In this document: piece by piece, positions 28,556 to 38,823 of the stretch | Layout: each line of letters opens with the position of its first letter | Position numbering within the stretch: the first letter of the stretch is position 1 | Assembly (NCBI GenBank): GCA_050290185.1 | Contig: JBNKHE010000007.1 | Location: 32,001 to 96,000, forward strand | Direction of reading: 5' to 3' | Source: Pontiella sp. | Lineage (GTDB): Bacteria; Verrucomicrobiota; Kiritimatiellia; Kiritimatiellales; Pontiellaceae | Length of the DNA: 64,000 nucleotides | Notes under the pieces: generated by a model | What the model was told of the DNA's origin: nothing | The model's input: only the letters and a program-made list of their open reading frames with translations | Database searches by the model: none | Program-made: the position numbers and the translations under genes

Positions 28556-31500
28556 ATGTTGACTAAAAAACTATGCCGATTTTCGGCAATTCGAACTTAC
28601 TTGTTGGTATTCGGTATTTTGCTGGGACTTTCTGCGGCCTGCCTAGCTCAGGAAAGCGATGAGCCAACTCCCCCGGAAATTCTTGCTCAGGCGATGCAGA
28701 TGCTGCGAACCGAGCAATACGATGAAGCTATCGATCTGCTCTATGTCTATCTGGATGCCGTAGAAAAATCCAAGATGAGACGCGTTTTGGAAATCGCCCA
28801 GGATACGCGTTATAAACTCGCCACCCTTCTTATTTCCAAGGACCGCAAAGGGGAAGCGATTGATGTATTGGAGACGTATGTTTCGTTGCAGCCGGCAAAG
28901 CACATCCGGAAAGCGCGAAAAATGTTGGTCGCGTGTTACTTTGATGAAGAGAAATACGCGGAGTGCCTGCCGGCCATTACCAATGCGCTCTACTACAACG
29001 AGCACCCAATTGTATACGAAGAGGAAAAGAAGAGCGCCTTTGATCGAGAGCGACAGGATGCTTTCCTGGATGAAGGTGAAAAGGAAGAACCTGATCTCCC
29101 GTATTCGGCGGACGAGCTTGAGATGCTCAATTTCACGATGGGCGAATGCTATTTTAATCTCGGCCAGATGGAGGCCTGTCTCGAACCCTTTACCTATGTA
29201 GTCGATCGCACGAAAAATGAGCAGCGGAAAGGCTACTCGATCATGCAGATGATCAATGCGTTGATCGAGATACAAGGCTTTGATCGAATCATAGACTGGG
29301 TTCCTGCCCTTTACAAAACTCCTGCCCGTTTTGATATCCGGGTAAATCTGGCGTTGCTGAGAGCGGCCGCGGCTCTGTTTGAAACGGGTGAGTATGACAG
29401 CGCGTTGCCTCTGTACCGCATGATTCTTCCGCGCGAAGAATTAATCGAGTATCAGGAAAAGAAAATCAAACAAATGCGTATAGACGCAGGGCTTCCACCT
29501 GAATTCGGGGAAGAGCTTACGTCTGATGAGGCGCTCTTGTTCGGCACAGCGGATGCAGAGCGTGAAATGGATGACTCTTCATCCGCTATGACACTGGCTG
29601 CAGGCGTGCGGCTTGTAGAGGATGATGAAAAACAAGAGAAGAAGATGGAGCAGCCGGCCGAGGTGCTTGAACTTCAAATGTTGCTCGAAACGCTCAAGGG
29701 CATGGCTCCGTACGAAGACTACGTTGATTTTCAGATGGCCCAGCTTTACAAAAACGTCGACCGCTACTGGGAAGCCATTAAGTTCTACGATACGGTTTAC
29801 GCTGCGGAAGATGCCGGAGATATAGGCGAACGCTCCATATACGAGGCCGTCTCCGTTTTGATCAACAACCTTAGTCTACGCGAAGATGCGGAGAAACGGG
29901 CCTTCAGCTATCTGGAATCCCATCACACGGGAAGGTACCCCCGTTTGGTGGCTTATGTTCTTACCAGCTACTATCAGCGGAACAGGGCGTGGAAAGATGT
30001 AAAAAACATTCGCCCGTATATTGAACAAATTGAACGAACAAATGATGTTCTGCTGGTTAAGTACGATACGGAATTGTACTTCATGCAGGGGGTGGCTGAC
30101 TTGATGCTTCAGCATTACTCCAATGCGGTCGAACGCTTCCAGTATGTCATGGATGAATTTCCAGATACGGATCAGGAAGCCAATAGCCTGTTCTGGTGTG
30201 GATTCTCCTACCTCTGTCTCGATCAACACGAAAAAGCCTACGACTGTTTCGAGCGCTATACCCGCGATTTCGCGAACCTTGACCCGGATAAATCGATGCT
30301 GGACGAAGCCTATTACCAAGGCGGCATCTGCCTTTTCGGTCTGGATCGGCTGGATGAAGCCAAGGATAGGTTCTCCTACGTCATCGATACCTATGGGACG
30401 AATTCCACGGTATATCCCGATTCCTGCAATATGCGCGGGGATATTCTGGGATCGTTGGGTGGGACCAATCTGGACTTGGCCATCCAGGACTATAAAAATT
30501 CTTTCGCCAATGCAACCAAGGCCACCCAGGCCACATACGCCACGTTCAAGATGTGTGACATCTTCAAGGCGGATGAACACTATTATGGTTTGGACTACGT
30601 ACTGGAGGCCGTAAACCTTTATCTAGCGAAATGGGGGGACAGAGGGGCGGATATTGCCAAGGCCCTGTTCTGGCTAGGTCGTGCCGAGATTCAGCGAGGC
30701 AGGTACGAAGCCGCTGCGGAAAGCTATATGCAGGCCGTAATTGATTATGGCGGTGACCTGCGGCAGGACGGGGTTGATATGATGATTCCCGAACTGGTTA
30801 AGATCTGTACCGTATTCCTCAGTGAAGATCAGGCAGAAGTGATTAAAGAGCGGTTGCGTATCGCCATGGAATCCACCGATAATCAAGTGTTAAAACTCCG
30901 TCTGCGCGTCACGCTTGCCAAATTCGATGACAGCGTGGTTGAACTGGGCAAAAAACTACTCAAGGAGTTGCCAGATCTAAATAATGCATCACCGCCGGTA
31001 TTGTCCGCTATTTGCGAAGCTTCATTTGAATTGAATGACTATTCCCGGTCTGCCGAACTACTCCGTACGTTTAAATACAAGTTTGAAGATTCGGACTACA
31101 TGCGCTCCGCCTACAAATTACGCGCTTCCGGACAAATCATCAATGGTGACCTTGATGGGGCGCTGGAAACAGTGATCGCTGCACAAGAAGAGTACGGCAC
31201 CGACCGTACGGTATCGTGGGCGCAGTTGATGAAGGCGCAAACCCTGCTTTCTCAATCCCAGTTGTTTAGTAGCGATGATCCGCTGACGCAGGACAAGCTT
31301 AAGGAGGCGGCCAAATTGCAGTTGCAGATGCAGCAGGGCAAGCTTCTGGCCATCAATGAGCAACTGACTCAGCTCCAGAACAAATCCGAGAAGATGGATG
31401 ATTCGCGATTGCTGGCTGAGAAGGGCGAGCTTGATGAGAAAATCTCCAATCTACAGCGTGCTGTGGAAGGCAAGAGTGGGGAGACGAACGTCAGAGCGTT

Positions 31501-32020
31501 GCTGGCGCGCTGCACGCTTGATGAGGCCCGCGAGGAGAACAAGAATGTCATGAGTGTTCCAGAGTGGCGAGGCGAACCTTTTGCCCAGGCGACTTATCAG
31601 TTGGGTGAGGTCGAGGAAGAGGCTGGAAATCTTCTCGAGGCACACGGCTACTACCAGCGGGCGTATTTCCAGTATAAGGGGCTTGGCGAATGGTGTGCGA
31701 AGGGCTACCTCGCGGCAGCCAACGTCTTGAAGAAACTGTCCGAAGATCCGAGTCTGGATTCAGAGCAAAGAAGCGAATATGAAGACGCCAGAATCAGCAC
31801 CCTTAAAGCAATGTTGCTCGACGAGTATGCAAATGAAAGCCCGCAGGCACAGGAGGCTCGTGATATCCTGGGTCCGACTGTAGTTGCAGGTATAGAGACG
31901 CTTATTGCTTCGGGGGTGGAAACCAATATTGAAGTGATTGTAGAAAGCAAGAAGGCGGACCCCGATAAAGTCGAGCCGTCGGATAAAAACACCAATTCGG
32001 CTACGGAAGGGAATGCGTAA
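28556..32020 (+). CDS. Giant secreted/periplasmic TPR protein
   Basis: Signal peptide ending ACLA-QE; many TPR-like helices (AYYQGG, ALFWLGR, ATYQLGE, YQRAY..Y..W). Confidence 0.85.
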   Translation: MLTKKLCRFSAIRTYLLVFGILLGLSAACLAQESDEPTPPEILAQAMQMLRTEQYDEAIDLLYVYLDAVEKSKMRRVLEIAQDTRYKLATLLISKDRKGEAIDVLETYVSLQPAKHIRKARKMLVACYFDEEKYAECLPAITNALYYNEHPIVYEEEKKSAFDRERQDAFLDEGEKEEPDLPYSADELEMLNFTMGECYFNLGQMEACLEPFTYVVDRTKNEQRKGYSIMQMINALIEIQGFDRIIDWVPALYKTPARFDIRVNLALLRAAAALFETGEYDSALPLYRMILPREELIEYQEKKIKQMRIDAGLPPEFGEELTSDEALLFGTADAEREMDDSSSAMTLAAGVRLVEDDEKQEKKMEQPAEVLELQMLLETLKGMAPYEDYVDFQMAQLYKNVDRYWEAIKFYDTVYAAEDAGDIGERSIYEAVSVLINNLSLREDAEKRAFSYLESHHTGRYPRLVAYVLTSYYQRNRAWKDVKNIRPYIEQIERTNDVLLVKYDTELYFMQGVADLMLQHYSNAVERFQYVMDEFPDTDQEANSLFWCGFSYLCLDQHEKAYDCFERYTRDFANLDPDKSMLDEAYYQGGICLFGLDRLDEAKDRFSYVIDTYGTNSTVYPDSCNMRGDILGSLGGTNLDLAIQDYKNSFANATKATQATYATFKMCDIFKADEHYYGLDYVLEAVNLYLAKWGDRGADIAKALFWLGRAEIQRGRYEAAAESYMQAVIDYGGDLRQDGVDMMIPELVKICTVFLSEDQAEVIKERLRIAMESTDNQVLKLRLRVTLAKFDDSVVELGKKLLKELPDLNNASPPVLSAICEASFELNDYSRSAELLRTFKYKFEDSDYMRSAYKLRASGQIINGDLDGALETVIAAQEEYGTDRTVSWAQLMKAQTLLSQSQLFSSDDPLTQDKLKEAAKLQLQMQQGKLLAINEQLTQLQNKSEKMDDSRLLAEKGELDEKISNLQRAVEGKSGETNVRALLARCTLDEAREENKNVMSVPEWRGEPFAQATYQLGEVEEEAGNLLEAHGYYQRAYFQYKGLGEWCAKGYLAAANVLKKLSEDPSLDSEQRSEYEDARISTLKAMLLDEYANESPQAQEARDILGPTVVAGIETLIASGVETNIEVIVESKKADPDKVEPSDKNTNSATEGNA

Positions 32021-33066
32021 TGAAAAAGGTTCTTTCAATATTTTTCGTACTCGCTTCCATCACGCTTTTTGCTCAAGGGCAGGAGCAATCGGGCATTGCC
32101 GCAAAAATTACAGCCGCCAATGGCCGGCAATTTCCCGTTTTTTTGCAGGGCATGAAAGATGATGAAATTGTCTTTCAACTCTATAAGAGTACATCAAATA
32201 AGGCGGTTCCGGCGCATCTGATTACTAATGTTGAGTTTGTTGGTCGCTTTGATGCTGATGGTATTGAACAGTTTTTTAGTACGGGTGACTATCAGGGCAT
32301 GATCGATAAAATGAATGCGGATTTAAAGCCCTCCTTTGATGACTACTGGCAGTATATGTCGATAGACAACAACCTGCAGGATATCTATACCATGCTCATG
32401 AAGGCTTATCTGAGGATGGGTAATGATGTCAAAGCGAGCGAGGCGGCTGCCATCCTGTTAAAGAACCCGGATGCCGGCGTCAAGGGGCAGGCCGAATCCA
32501 TTGCAATAATAGCAGCTCTGGGCGAGGGCCGGGTTTCCGACGCGGAAGCTATGCTCGGTGAGATTAACTCTGCTCCTGGAAAACTCTATCTCGGTGCTTG
32601 TGTTGAAAGAGCAAAGGGGTTGCCCAAGCAGGCCATTCAGCTTATTACGCAGTTGATCGCAGAATATGGCAACGATCTGGACTGGATGCCTCAGGCCGAG
32701 CTGCTTAGTGCTCACCTATACGTGGATATGGGGATGACCAACTCTGCCATCAACACGGCGCGGCAGGTGAAGAATATCTATGCAAAATCGGACGTTGGCA
32801 ATGAAGCTGCCAGATTCCAGGAAGAACTTGTTTTAGCGCAACAGAAAGCCGAAGAGGCGGCTAAAGCCAAGGCTGAAAAGGAAGAAGCCGATCGGGCTGC
32901 AGTCAAGGCACGGGCCGCCGAACGAGCCAAAGGATATGGATTCAATGTCGATACGGAGTCGGAAGAAGCGAATTCGGTCGATCAGGAAGACGGTGGGACA
33001 GCGGACGGATCAGCGACAGGGGATCAGGAGGGTACTGAGGAATCTGCACCCGCTCCAGATGCCTAG
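32020..33066 (+). CDS. Secreted TPR-like protein with acidic disordered tail
   Basis: Signal peptide ending LFA-QG; helical repeats; translationally coupled to the upstream gene (TAATG). Confidence 0.8.
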   Translation: MKKVLSIFFVLASITLFAQGQEQSGIAAKITAANGRQFPVFLQGMKDDEIVFQLYKSTSNKAVPAHLITNVEFVGRFDADGIEQFFSTGDYQGMIDKMNADLKPSFDDYWQYMSIDNNLQDIYTMLMKAYLRMGNDVKASEAAAILLKNPDAGVKGQAESIAIIAALGEGRVSDAEAMLGEINSAPGKLYLGACVERAKGLPKQAIQLITQLIAEYGNDLDWMPQAELLSAHLYVDMGMTNSAINTARQVKNIYAKSDVGNEAARFQEELVLAQQKAEEAAKAKAEKEEADRAAVKARAAERAKGYGFNVDTESEEANSVDQEDGGTADGSATGDQEGTEESAPAPDA

Positions 33067-33139
33067 GGTTGATTTAAGTCAGGCTTTTATTTAACCAGGT
33101 AGTTGAATTAATCTGAATAAGTAAACGGAGGAAACAGGA

Positions 33140-33922
33140 ATGAAGAAAAGAATCTTGATGATGATGCTGCTTTTCGCGGCAGGAGTGGTTCTGGCTCAGG
33201 ATGGAGGTACATTGGCGGTCGCGGCAGATGAGCCGGTCGAGAAGATTAGCCTCTGGGGCTTGATTAAGACTGGTGGTTGGGCTATGTGGCCGTTGGGCGG
33301 TTTCTCATTCTTTATGGTTGCTCTTGTGATCCAGAACTTCATTGCCTTGCGTCCTAAAACCCTCCTGCATACGGAAATGATGCCCGAGTTGCTTGACTAC
33401 ATGCTCAACGACAAGGTCAAGACCTCTCTCATCTACTGCCGCAAGCATCCATCCATGTTCACGAACACGTTCGGTGCCGGACTGGAACGTTGCCTTGATG
33501 TGGAAGGCACATATGATTTTAGTAAAGTGAAGGAGTCTGTGGAAGAAGCATCCGTGGAACAGCTTTCCAAGCTCATGAAGCCTATCGATTATCTTTCGAT
33601 CATTGGCGCCAGTGCTCCGATGCTTGGTCTCTTGGGTACGGTATCCGGTATGATCAAGGCCTTCCATACCATGGGTTCGCAGGGTATGGGTAATCCAGAC
33701 CAGCTTGCCGCCAATATTGGTGAGGCGCTTATTACTACCGCGACAGGTCTGATCATCGCTATTCCGGCCATGTTCTTCTTTTTCTTCTTCAAGAAGGGAT
33801 TTCAGAAGACCTTGGCGACGCTGGGTCGCAACGTGGGTTTCCTTTTTGATGCACTGGAAAGCGGCAAGACCCCGGCAGCTTACATGGATTTGGAAGCACT
33901 CGAGAAACTGGATCGCGATTAG
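33140..33922 (+). CDS. MotA/TolQ/ExbB proton channel protein
   Basis: GGWAMWPL, APMLGLLGTVSGMIKAF, IGEALITTATGLIIAIPA. Confidence 0.94.
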   Translation: MKKRILMMMLLFAAGVVLAQDGGTLAVAADEPVEKISLWGLIKTGGWAMWPLGGFSFFMVALVIQNFIALRPKTLLHTEMMPELLDYMLNDKVKTSLIYCRKHPSMFTNTFGAGLERCLDVEGTYDFSKVKESVEEASVEQLSKLMKPIDYLSIIGASAPMLGLLGTVSGMIKAFHTMGSQGMGNPDQLAANIGEALITTATGLIIAIPAMFFFFFFKKGFQKTLATLGRNVGFLFDALESGKTPAAYMDLEALEKLDRD

Positions 33923-33974
33923 TTTTCCGTACGGCCTTGCGAGGCATCCACGCTCTCAAGTATAGGATCTTATT

Positions 33975-34379
33975 ATGAAACTGGAATCCAAAGAACTCGG
34001 AGATGAGATAGAGATTGATATGTCGCCTATGATCGACATGGTCTTCCTTCTCTTGATCTTCTTCATTGTTGCTTCCCAGATTATTGATGAAAAACCGAAG
34101 ATTAACGTTCCTGCAGCGGCGGCAGCCTCCATTCCGGAAACGCTTGACAACCGGCTGATGATTACCGTGACGAAAGATGATGTGTTTTTCTTCCGGTTGC
34201 AGGAGGTTACGTTCGATGAGTTAACCATCAAGATTCAACAGGAGTTTGAAGCCAATTCTGATCTGCGTATCCTGATTCGCGCCGACGCAGAGGTGCCGTA
34301 TAAGACCAATGAAAAAATCATGATGGCGTGCGCAGAAGTAGGTGCTGTTGATATAATCTTTTCCGCAGTTGAGGAGTAG
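33975..34379 (+). CDS. ExbD/TolR family protein 1
   Basis: DMSPMIDMVFLLLIFF, LIRADA. Confidence 0.93.
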   Translation: MKLESKELGDEIEIDMSPMIDMVFLLLIFFIVASQIIDEKPKINVPAAAAASIPETLDNRLMITVTKDDVFFFRLQEVTFDELTIKIQQEFEANSDLRILIRADAEVPYKTNEKIMMACAEVGAVDIIFSAVEE

Positions 34380-34386
34380 GAGACCC

Positions 34387-34824
34387 ATGGACCTTTCCAG
34401 TCAATATGAAGATGCAAAAATGGAACTGCAGATCGCTCCGTTGATCGACGTCGTGTTTCTTTTGCTGATTTACTTTATGGTAACGGCGCAGATTGTTCAG
34501 AAGGAAGGGGATATCCCCTTCATGTTGCCTGCCGACGTGCCGACGGTTGAAATGATTGACATCCCGGTTGAAGCGCGTATCCGCATCAACCCGGACGATT
34601 CCGTGATGCTTGAAGGCATGTCGTTCTCCTCATCAGATCGGAAGCTGGAGGGGTTGATCAACCAGATCGTTGGGCTTCGGAAAATGGCGGAAGCACAGCG
34701 GTCACCGTTCTTTGTTACGCTCGATCCGAATGAAGATACCCTGCACCGTCGGATTATCGACGTTATGGATGCATGCGCCGCGGCCAAGGTGAAGAACCTG
34801 ACCTTTGCGAAGAAGGGATCCTAG
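34387..34824 (+). CDS. ExbD/TolR family protein 2
   Basis: IAPLIDVVFLLLIYFMVT, IDVMDAC. Confidence 0.92.
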   Translation: MDLSSQYEDAKMELQIAPLIDVVFLLLIYFMVTAQIVQKEGDIPFMLPADVPTVEMIDIPVEARIRINPDDSVMLEGMSFSSSDRKLEGLINQIVGLRKMAEAQRSPFFVTLDPNEDTLHRRIIDVMDACAAAKVKNLTFAKKGS

Positions 34825-34852
34825 TTTTACTTATCAGATTCGTTTCCGAAGA

Positions 34853-34881
34853 GGGCCGTGCTTTTTGCGCGGCCTTTTTTT
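34853..34881 (+). terminator. Rho-independent terminator after exbD2
   Basis: gggccgtgc-ttttt-gcgcggcc hairpin plus T7. Confidence 0.8.
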
Positions 34882-34973
34882 CAGCTTTAAATTGTCGGAG
34901 CGGGATATATAATACATGGGTCATGTGAAGGAGAGGTATTAGCGGTAACGATCGTAATGAAAGGAGCTACGGT

Positions 34974-35402
34974 ATGAAATTTGCGGAATATCAGGATGTC
35001 AAATTAAAGAATCAGATTGCACCTTTGATCGATGTGGTCTTTCTTCTGTTGATTTATTTCATGGTTACGGCAACCCTCATCAAGAAGGAAGGCGATATTT
35101 CCTTTTCAATTCCTGTTTCGGGAGCGCCTATGACTGATTGGCCGGTGGAAGCCTATATTCAGATAGCCAACGATGGTGCTGTAACTCTAGAAGGCATGCA
35201 TTTCGACAGTTCCGATCGTGAATTACGCGACCTGGTGGGCCAAATTGCTTCGCTAAAGCAACTGGCCGATTCGCAGCAAACGGATTTCATCGTTACACTG
35301 GCTCCTTCGGATGACACGATGCATGGTCGTGTAATCGATGTCATGGATGCCTGCAGGGATGCCAAGGTCAGGCACTTGGCCTTTGCTCATAAAAATACAT
35401 GA
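34974..35402 (+). CDS. ExbD/TolR family protein 3 (paralogue of protein 2)
   Basis: IAPLIDVVFLLLIYFMVT..KEGDI, LEGM.F.SSDR.L, IDVMDAC shared with exbD2. Confidence 0.92.
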   Translation: MKFAEYQDVKLKNQIAPLIDVVFLLLIYFMVTATLIKKEGDISFSIPVSGAPMTDWPVEAYIQIANDGAVTLEGMHFDSSDRELRDLVGQIASLKQLADSQQTDFIVTLAPSDDTMHGRVIDVMDACRDAKVRHLAFAHKNT

Positions 35403-35423
35403 GGTGAACCATCGCAGTTTATG

Positions 35424-35451
35424 GGGCCGTGTGTTTTCGCACGGCCTTTTT
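35424..35451 (+). terminator. Rho-independent terminator after exbD3
   Basis: ggccgtgtg-tttt-cgcacggcc hairpin plus T run; similar to the 34853 terminator. Confidence 0.78.
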
Positions 35452-35520
35452 GTTGGTTATGCTTCCAATGGTCCTTTTTTTACGTAAGATGCCTGATTCA
35501 ATTTCAACACAGGAAAACCA

Positions 35521-36327
35521 ATGAAGAAAACCAGGGTTGATCGCAAGTTCGCCGAGTTGGCAAAGCAGAAAAAAAAGGGGTTCATTGCCTATCTTTCAGC
35601 CGGGGATCCCAATCTGGCCGATACGGTCGACATTGTCCTGCGGTTGGAAGATGCTGGTGTGGACCTCGTGGAACTTGGCTTGCCTTTTTCAGATCCGTTG
35701 GCTGACGGGCGGGTAAACCAGGAGGCGGCCACCCGCGCGCTCGAAGCAGGCTCCACCTTTGACGGTGTTATGGAATGTGTCGCTAAAATCCGCGAACGCA
35801 GCCAGATTCCCATGATTTTCTATGCCTACATGAACCCATTGCTGTCGCGTGGATTCGAGCAATCCATGACCGCGGCCGCGCAGGCCGGAATTGATGGTTT
35901 TCTCCTGCTGGATCTGCCATTCGAGGAGGCCGGGCCATACAGGCAGTCGTTGAAGGATAATGAACTTAATGCCATTCAATTGGTAACACCAACGACGCCG
36001 GACGAGCGGATTGATAAAATCGTAAAGCGCGCAAGCGGCTTCATCTACTGTGTTTCACGCGAAGGTGTGACCGGAGTGCAGGATCATATTGCGGAAGGGG
36101 CGCAAGGCCTCGTGCAACGCATCAAAGATCGAAGCAGCCATCCGGTTGCGCTCGGTTTTGGTATCGGAACGCCGGAACAGGCGCGTGACGCTGCCATGCT
36201 GGCAGATGCGGTGGTCGTGGGGAGTGCCATCGTCAACCAATTCCACAACAATCCGCACACATCTGACGGCCGAGCCTCCGCCGCCGCCTTCGTCGCCGAT
36301 ATGGTTAAAGCCGTGAAGAGTGTATAG
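35521..36327 (+). CDS. trpA: Tryptophan synthase alpha chain
   Basis: AGDP, ELGLPFSDPLADG, YMNP, DLP.EE, VS..GVTG, GFGI, VVGSA. Confidence 0.96.
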   Translation: MKKTRVDRKFAELAKQKKKGFIAYLSAGDPNLADTVDIVLRLEDAGVDLVELGLPFSDPLADGRVNQEAATRALEAGSTFDGVMECVAKIRERSQIPMIFYAYMNPLLSRGFEQSMTAAAQAGIDGFLLLDLPFEEAGPYRQSLKDNELNAIQLVTPTTPDERIDKIVKRASGFIYCVSREGVTGVQDHIAEGAQGLVQRIKDRSSHPVALGFGIGTPEQARDAAMLADAVVVGSAIVNQFHNNPHTSDGRASAAAFVADMVKAVKSV

Positions 36328-36352
36328 ATCGAAATTTCAACGGAGCAGGGAT

Positions 36353-37435
36353 ATGGCAGGACGGTTTGCAGTCATTATGGCCGGAGGGAAAGGGGAGCGT
36401 TTTTGGCCCCTCAGCACATCCAAACGGCCCAAGCAACTGCTGGCACTGGTGGGTGACAAACCTTTGATTGCTCAGGCGGTCGAACGTCTGGACGGCTTGG
36501 TTCCTCCCGAAAATGTTTTTGTAGTCACCAATGCCGATCTCGTCGAGGCCACCCGGCAGGCCGCCCCGCTTATTCCTCCGGAAAATATCGTCGGCGAGCC
36601 GGTTGGACGCGATACCGCTGCGGCGGTTGCATGTGGCGGGGCACTCGTAAAAGCCCGCGATGAAAATGGAGTGTTTGCCGTTTTGACGGCCGATCAGGTC
36701 ATGGGCGATCTCGATGTCTTTTCTTCCACGCTTAAGGGCGGCATGGATCTGGCCGAACAGAACGACATTCTCGTAACCATTGGCATCAAGCCGACTCATC
36801 CCGCAACAGGTTTCGGCTACATAGAATCGGGCGAAGCATTTGATACCGCAGAAGGGGTCGAATTCCGCAAAGCCGATCGTTTCGTCGAAAAACCAGATGA
36901 AACCACCGCTGCTGAATACCTTTCCACCGGAAAGTTCTATTGGAACTCTGGCATGTTCATTTGGTCCATTCCCTCACTGGAAAAGGCATTCGCGAATCAT
37001 TGTGGGGAAATGTGCAGGCTGATGAATGAACTGACCGGCTATGCCGCAACCGGAAAGATCGTTGAAGGCATGGATGCGACCTATCCCTCGCTGGATAAAA
37101 TTTCCATCGACTATGCGCTGATGGAAAAGGCCGACAATATTATCATGGCCTGCGGCACCTTTGCCTGGGATGATGTGGGTTCCTGGCCCGCGTTGGAAAG
37201 CCACTTTCCTCAGGATGAAGCGGGCAATACAAAAATTGGTTCCGTTGAATCGCTGGATGCTTCCGGCAATATCATTATGTCCGAGGGACACCTGACTGCC
37301 GTCATTGGCGTCAGTGATCTCGTGGTCGTTCAGGCCGAAGGAGTTACCTTAGTCTGCCCGAAGGACCGCGCGCAGGACATCAAGAAGATGGTCATCGCGC
37401 TCCGGGATAAAGGTGGCTACACCAAACTACTGTAG
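36353..37435 (+). CDS. manC: Mannose-1-phosphate guanylyltransferase
   Basis: IMAGGKGERFWPLS..PKQ, EPVGRDTA, GFGYI, FVEKPD, WNSGMF, WDDVGSW. Confidence 0.93.
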   Translation: MAGRFAVIMAGGKGERFWPLSTSKRPKQLLALVGDKPLIAQAVERLDGLVPPENVFVVTNADLVEATRQAAPLIPPENIVGEPVGRDTAAAVACGGALVKARDENGVFAVLTADQVMGDLDVFSSTLKGGMDLAEQNDILVTIGIKPTHPATGFGYIESGEAFDTAEGVEFRKADRFVEKPDETTAAEYLSTGKFYWNSGMFIWSIPSLEKAFANHCGEMCRLMNELTGYAATGKIVEGMDATYPSLDKISIDYALMEKADNIIMACGTFAWDDVGSWPALESHFPQDEAGNTKIGSVESLDASGNIIMSEGHLTAVIGVSDLVVVQAEGVTLVCPKDRAQDIKKMVIALRDKGGYTKLL

Positions 37436-37530
37436 GTGCGGGCCGGTATGGGCCCGCTGTGCAGATTAGGCACTCAAAAGCTATTGCCAAACCTTGCTGG
37501 TTTGGTATCTTCCTCGTCTTTCCCGCTCAT

Positions 37531-37615
37531 GCCGGAGTGGCGAAATTGGTAGACGCACGGGATTCAAAATCCCGCGACTTCGGTCATGTGGGTTCGAGTC
37601 CCACCTCCGGCACCA
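37531..37615 (+). tRNA. tRNA-Leu(CAA)
   Basis: GCCGGAG/CTCCGGC acceptor stem, CGGGA-TTCAAAA-TCCCG anticodon arm, long variable arm, GTTCGAGTC, CCA. Confidence 0.96.
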
Positions 37616-37618
37616 GCT

Positions 37619-38770
37619 TTACTTCTCCGATCCAAGCCCGAAACGCTGGTATTCCTCGATGGCGTAGCGGTCGGTACAGCCGGCGACATAGTCGCATGCC
37701 GTGCGCCACAGTCCTTCTTGTTCGATGCGGGCGCGGGCTTTTTGTCCCATGGTTTCGGGATGCTCGATGTAGTGGAGGAAGAGTTTGCGCATCATGCCCA
37801 CCGATTCCCGCGTGGCGACGGCGACACCGTGGTGGAAGTAGAGGTTTTCGAACATGAAGGCTGAAAATTCGTCGAGTATCCGTTTCATGTCCGGGCTGAA
37901 GTCGACGACTCGCTGCGGTGCGGTCATGACCTCGCGGACGCTGTCAGGCTCCAGTTTATCCAGGGTTCCGAAGGCGTATTCGGTGACATCAAAAACCTGA
38001 AGTTCCAACATGCGGCGGATCGTGGCGCGCACGAACTGGTATTCGGAGAGGTTGGGATAGCGCTCTTGGGTGGCGGACGCCGCCATGCGCCAGAATTCCG
38101 TCGTTTCCAGTTGGGGCAACGTCACAATGCCGGCTTCGAGCCCGTCGTCGACATCGTGGGCATGATAGGTCATGTCGTCGGCGATGTCGGCGATCTGGGC
38201 TTCGATCGATTGGAGCGGGCCGATCGGATGGCCGTCCAGCGAGGCTCCTTCGATATGCGCTTCGTGCTTCAGCAAACCAGCGCGTACCTCCCAGCTCAGG
38301 TTCAAACCGCGGAAGCCGGGATAGGGCGATTCTATGACCTCGATGCACCGCAGGCTTTGCAGGTTGTGGTCGAATCCACCATGACCGGTCATCAGCGCGT
38401 CAAGGGCGTCTTCGCCGGCATGGCCAAACGGGCTGTGGCCGATGTCGTGCGCGAGGCAGATGCATTCGGTCAGGTCCTCGTTGGCTTTGAGGATGCGGGC
38501 CAGCGTACGGCCGACGGCCGACATTTCCATGGTATGGGTCAGGCGCGTGCGGTAGTGGTCGGCGGTGCCGTTCACGAAAACTTGCGTCTTGTATTCCAGC
38601 CGCCGGAAACAGCGGCTGTGGAAAATGCGGTCGCGGTCGCGCGCAAAGCACGAGCGCAGCGGATGCGGCGGTTCGTCGTGTTTGCGCCCGAAACTATTCG
38701 CGCTTTTGGTGGCAAAGGGGGCCAAATGGCTCTCTTCCGTCGATTCCCAGTCTTTTCTCGCATGCTTCAT
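37619..38770 (-). CDS. dgt: dNTP triphosphohydrolase (dGTPase-like, HD family)
   Basis: RDRDRI.HS..FRRL..KTQVF, RTRLTH, AHDIGH.PFGHAGE, ADD..Y..HD, DYVAG.TD. Confidence 0.92.
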   Translation of the reverse strand: MKHARKDWESTEESHLAPFATKSANSFGRKHDEPPHPLRSCFARDRDRIFHSRCFRRLEYKTQVFVNGTADHYRTRLTHTMEMSAVGRTLARILKANEDLTECICLAHDIGHSPFGHAGEDALDALMTGHGGFDHNLQSLRCIEVIESPYPGFRGLNLSWEVRAGLLKHEAHIEGASLDGHPIGPLQSIEAQIADIADDMTYHAHDVDDGLEAGIVTLPQLETTEFWRMAASATQERYPNLSEYQFVRATIRRMLELQVFDVTEYAFGTLDKLEPDSVREVMTAPQRVVDFSPDMKRILDEFSAFMFENLYFHHGVAVATRESVGMMRKLFLHYIEHPETMGQKARARIEQEGLWRTACDYVAGCTDRYAIEEYQRFGLGSEK

Positions 38771-38823
38771 AGGGGATGGACTATAAGGTACGCCATTCAC
38801 GAGATCAAACCGGAGAAGTTCGA

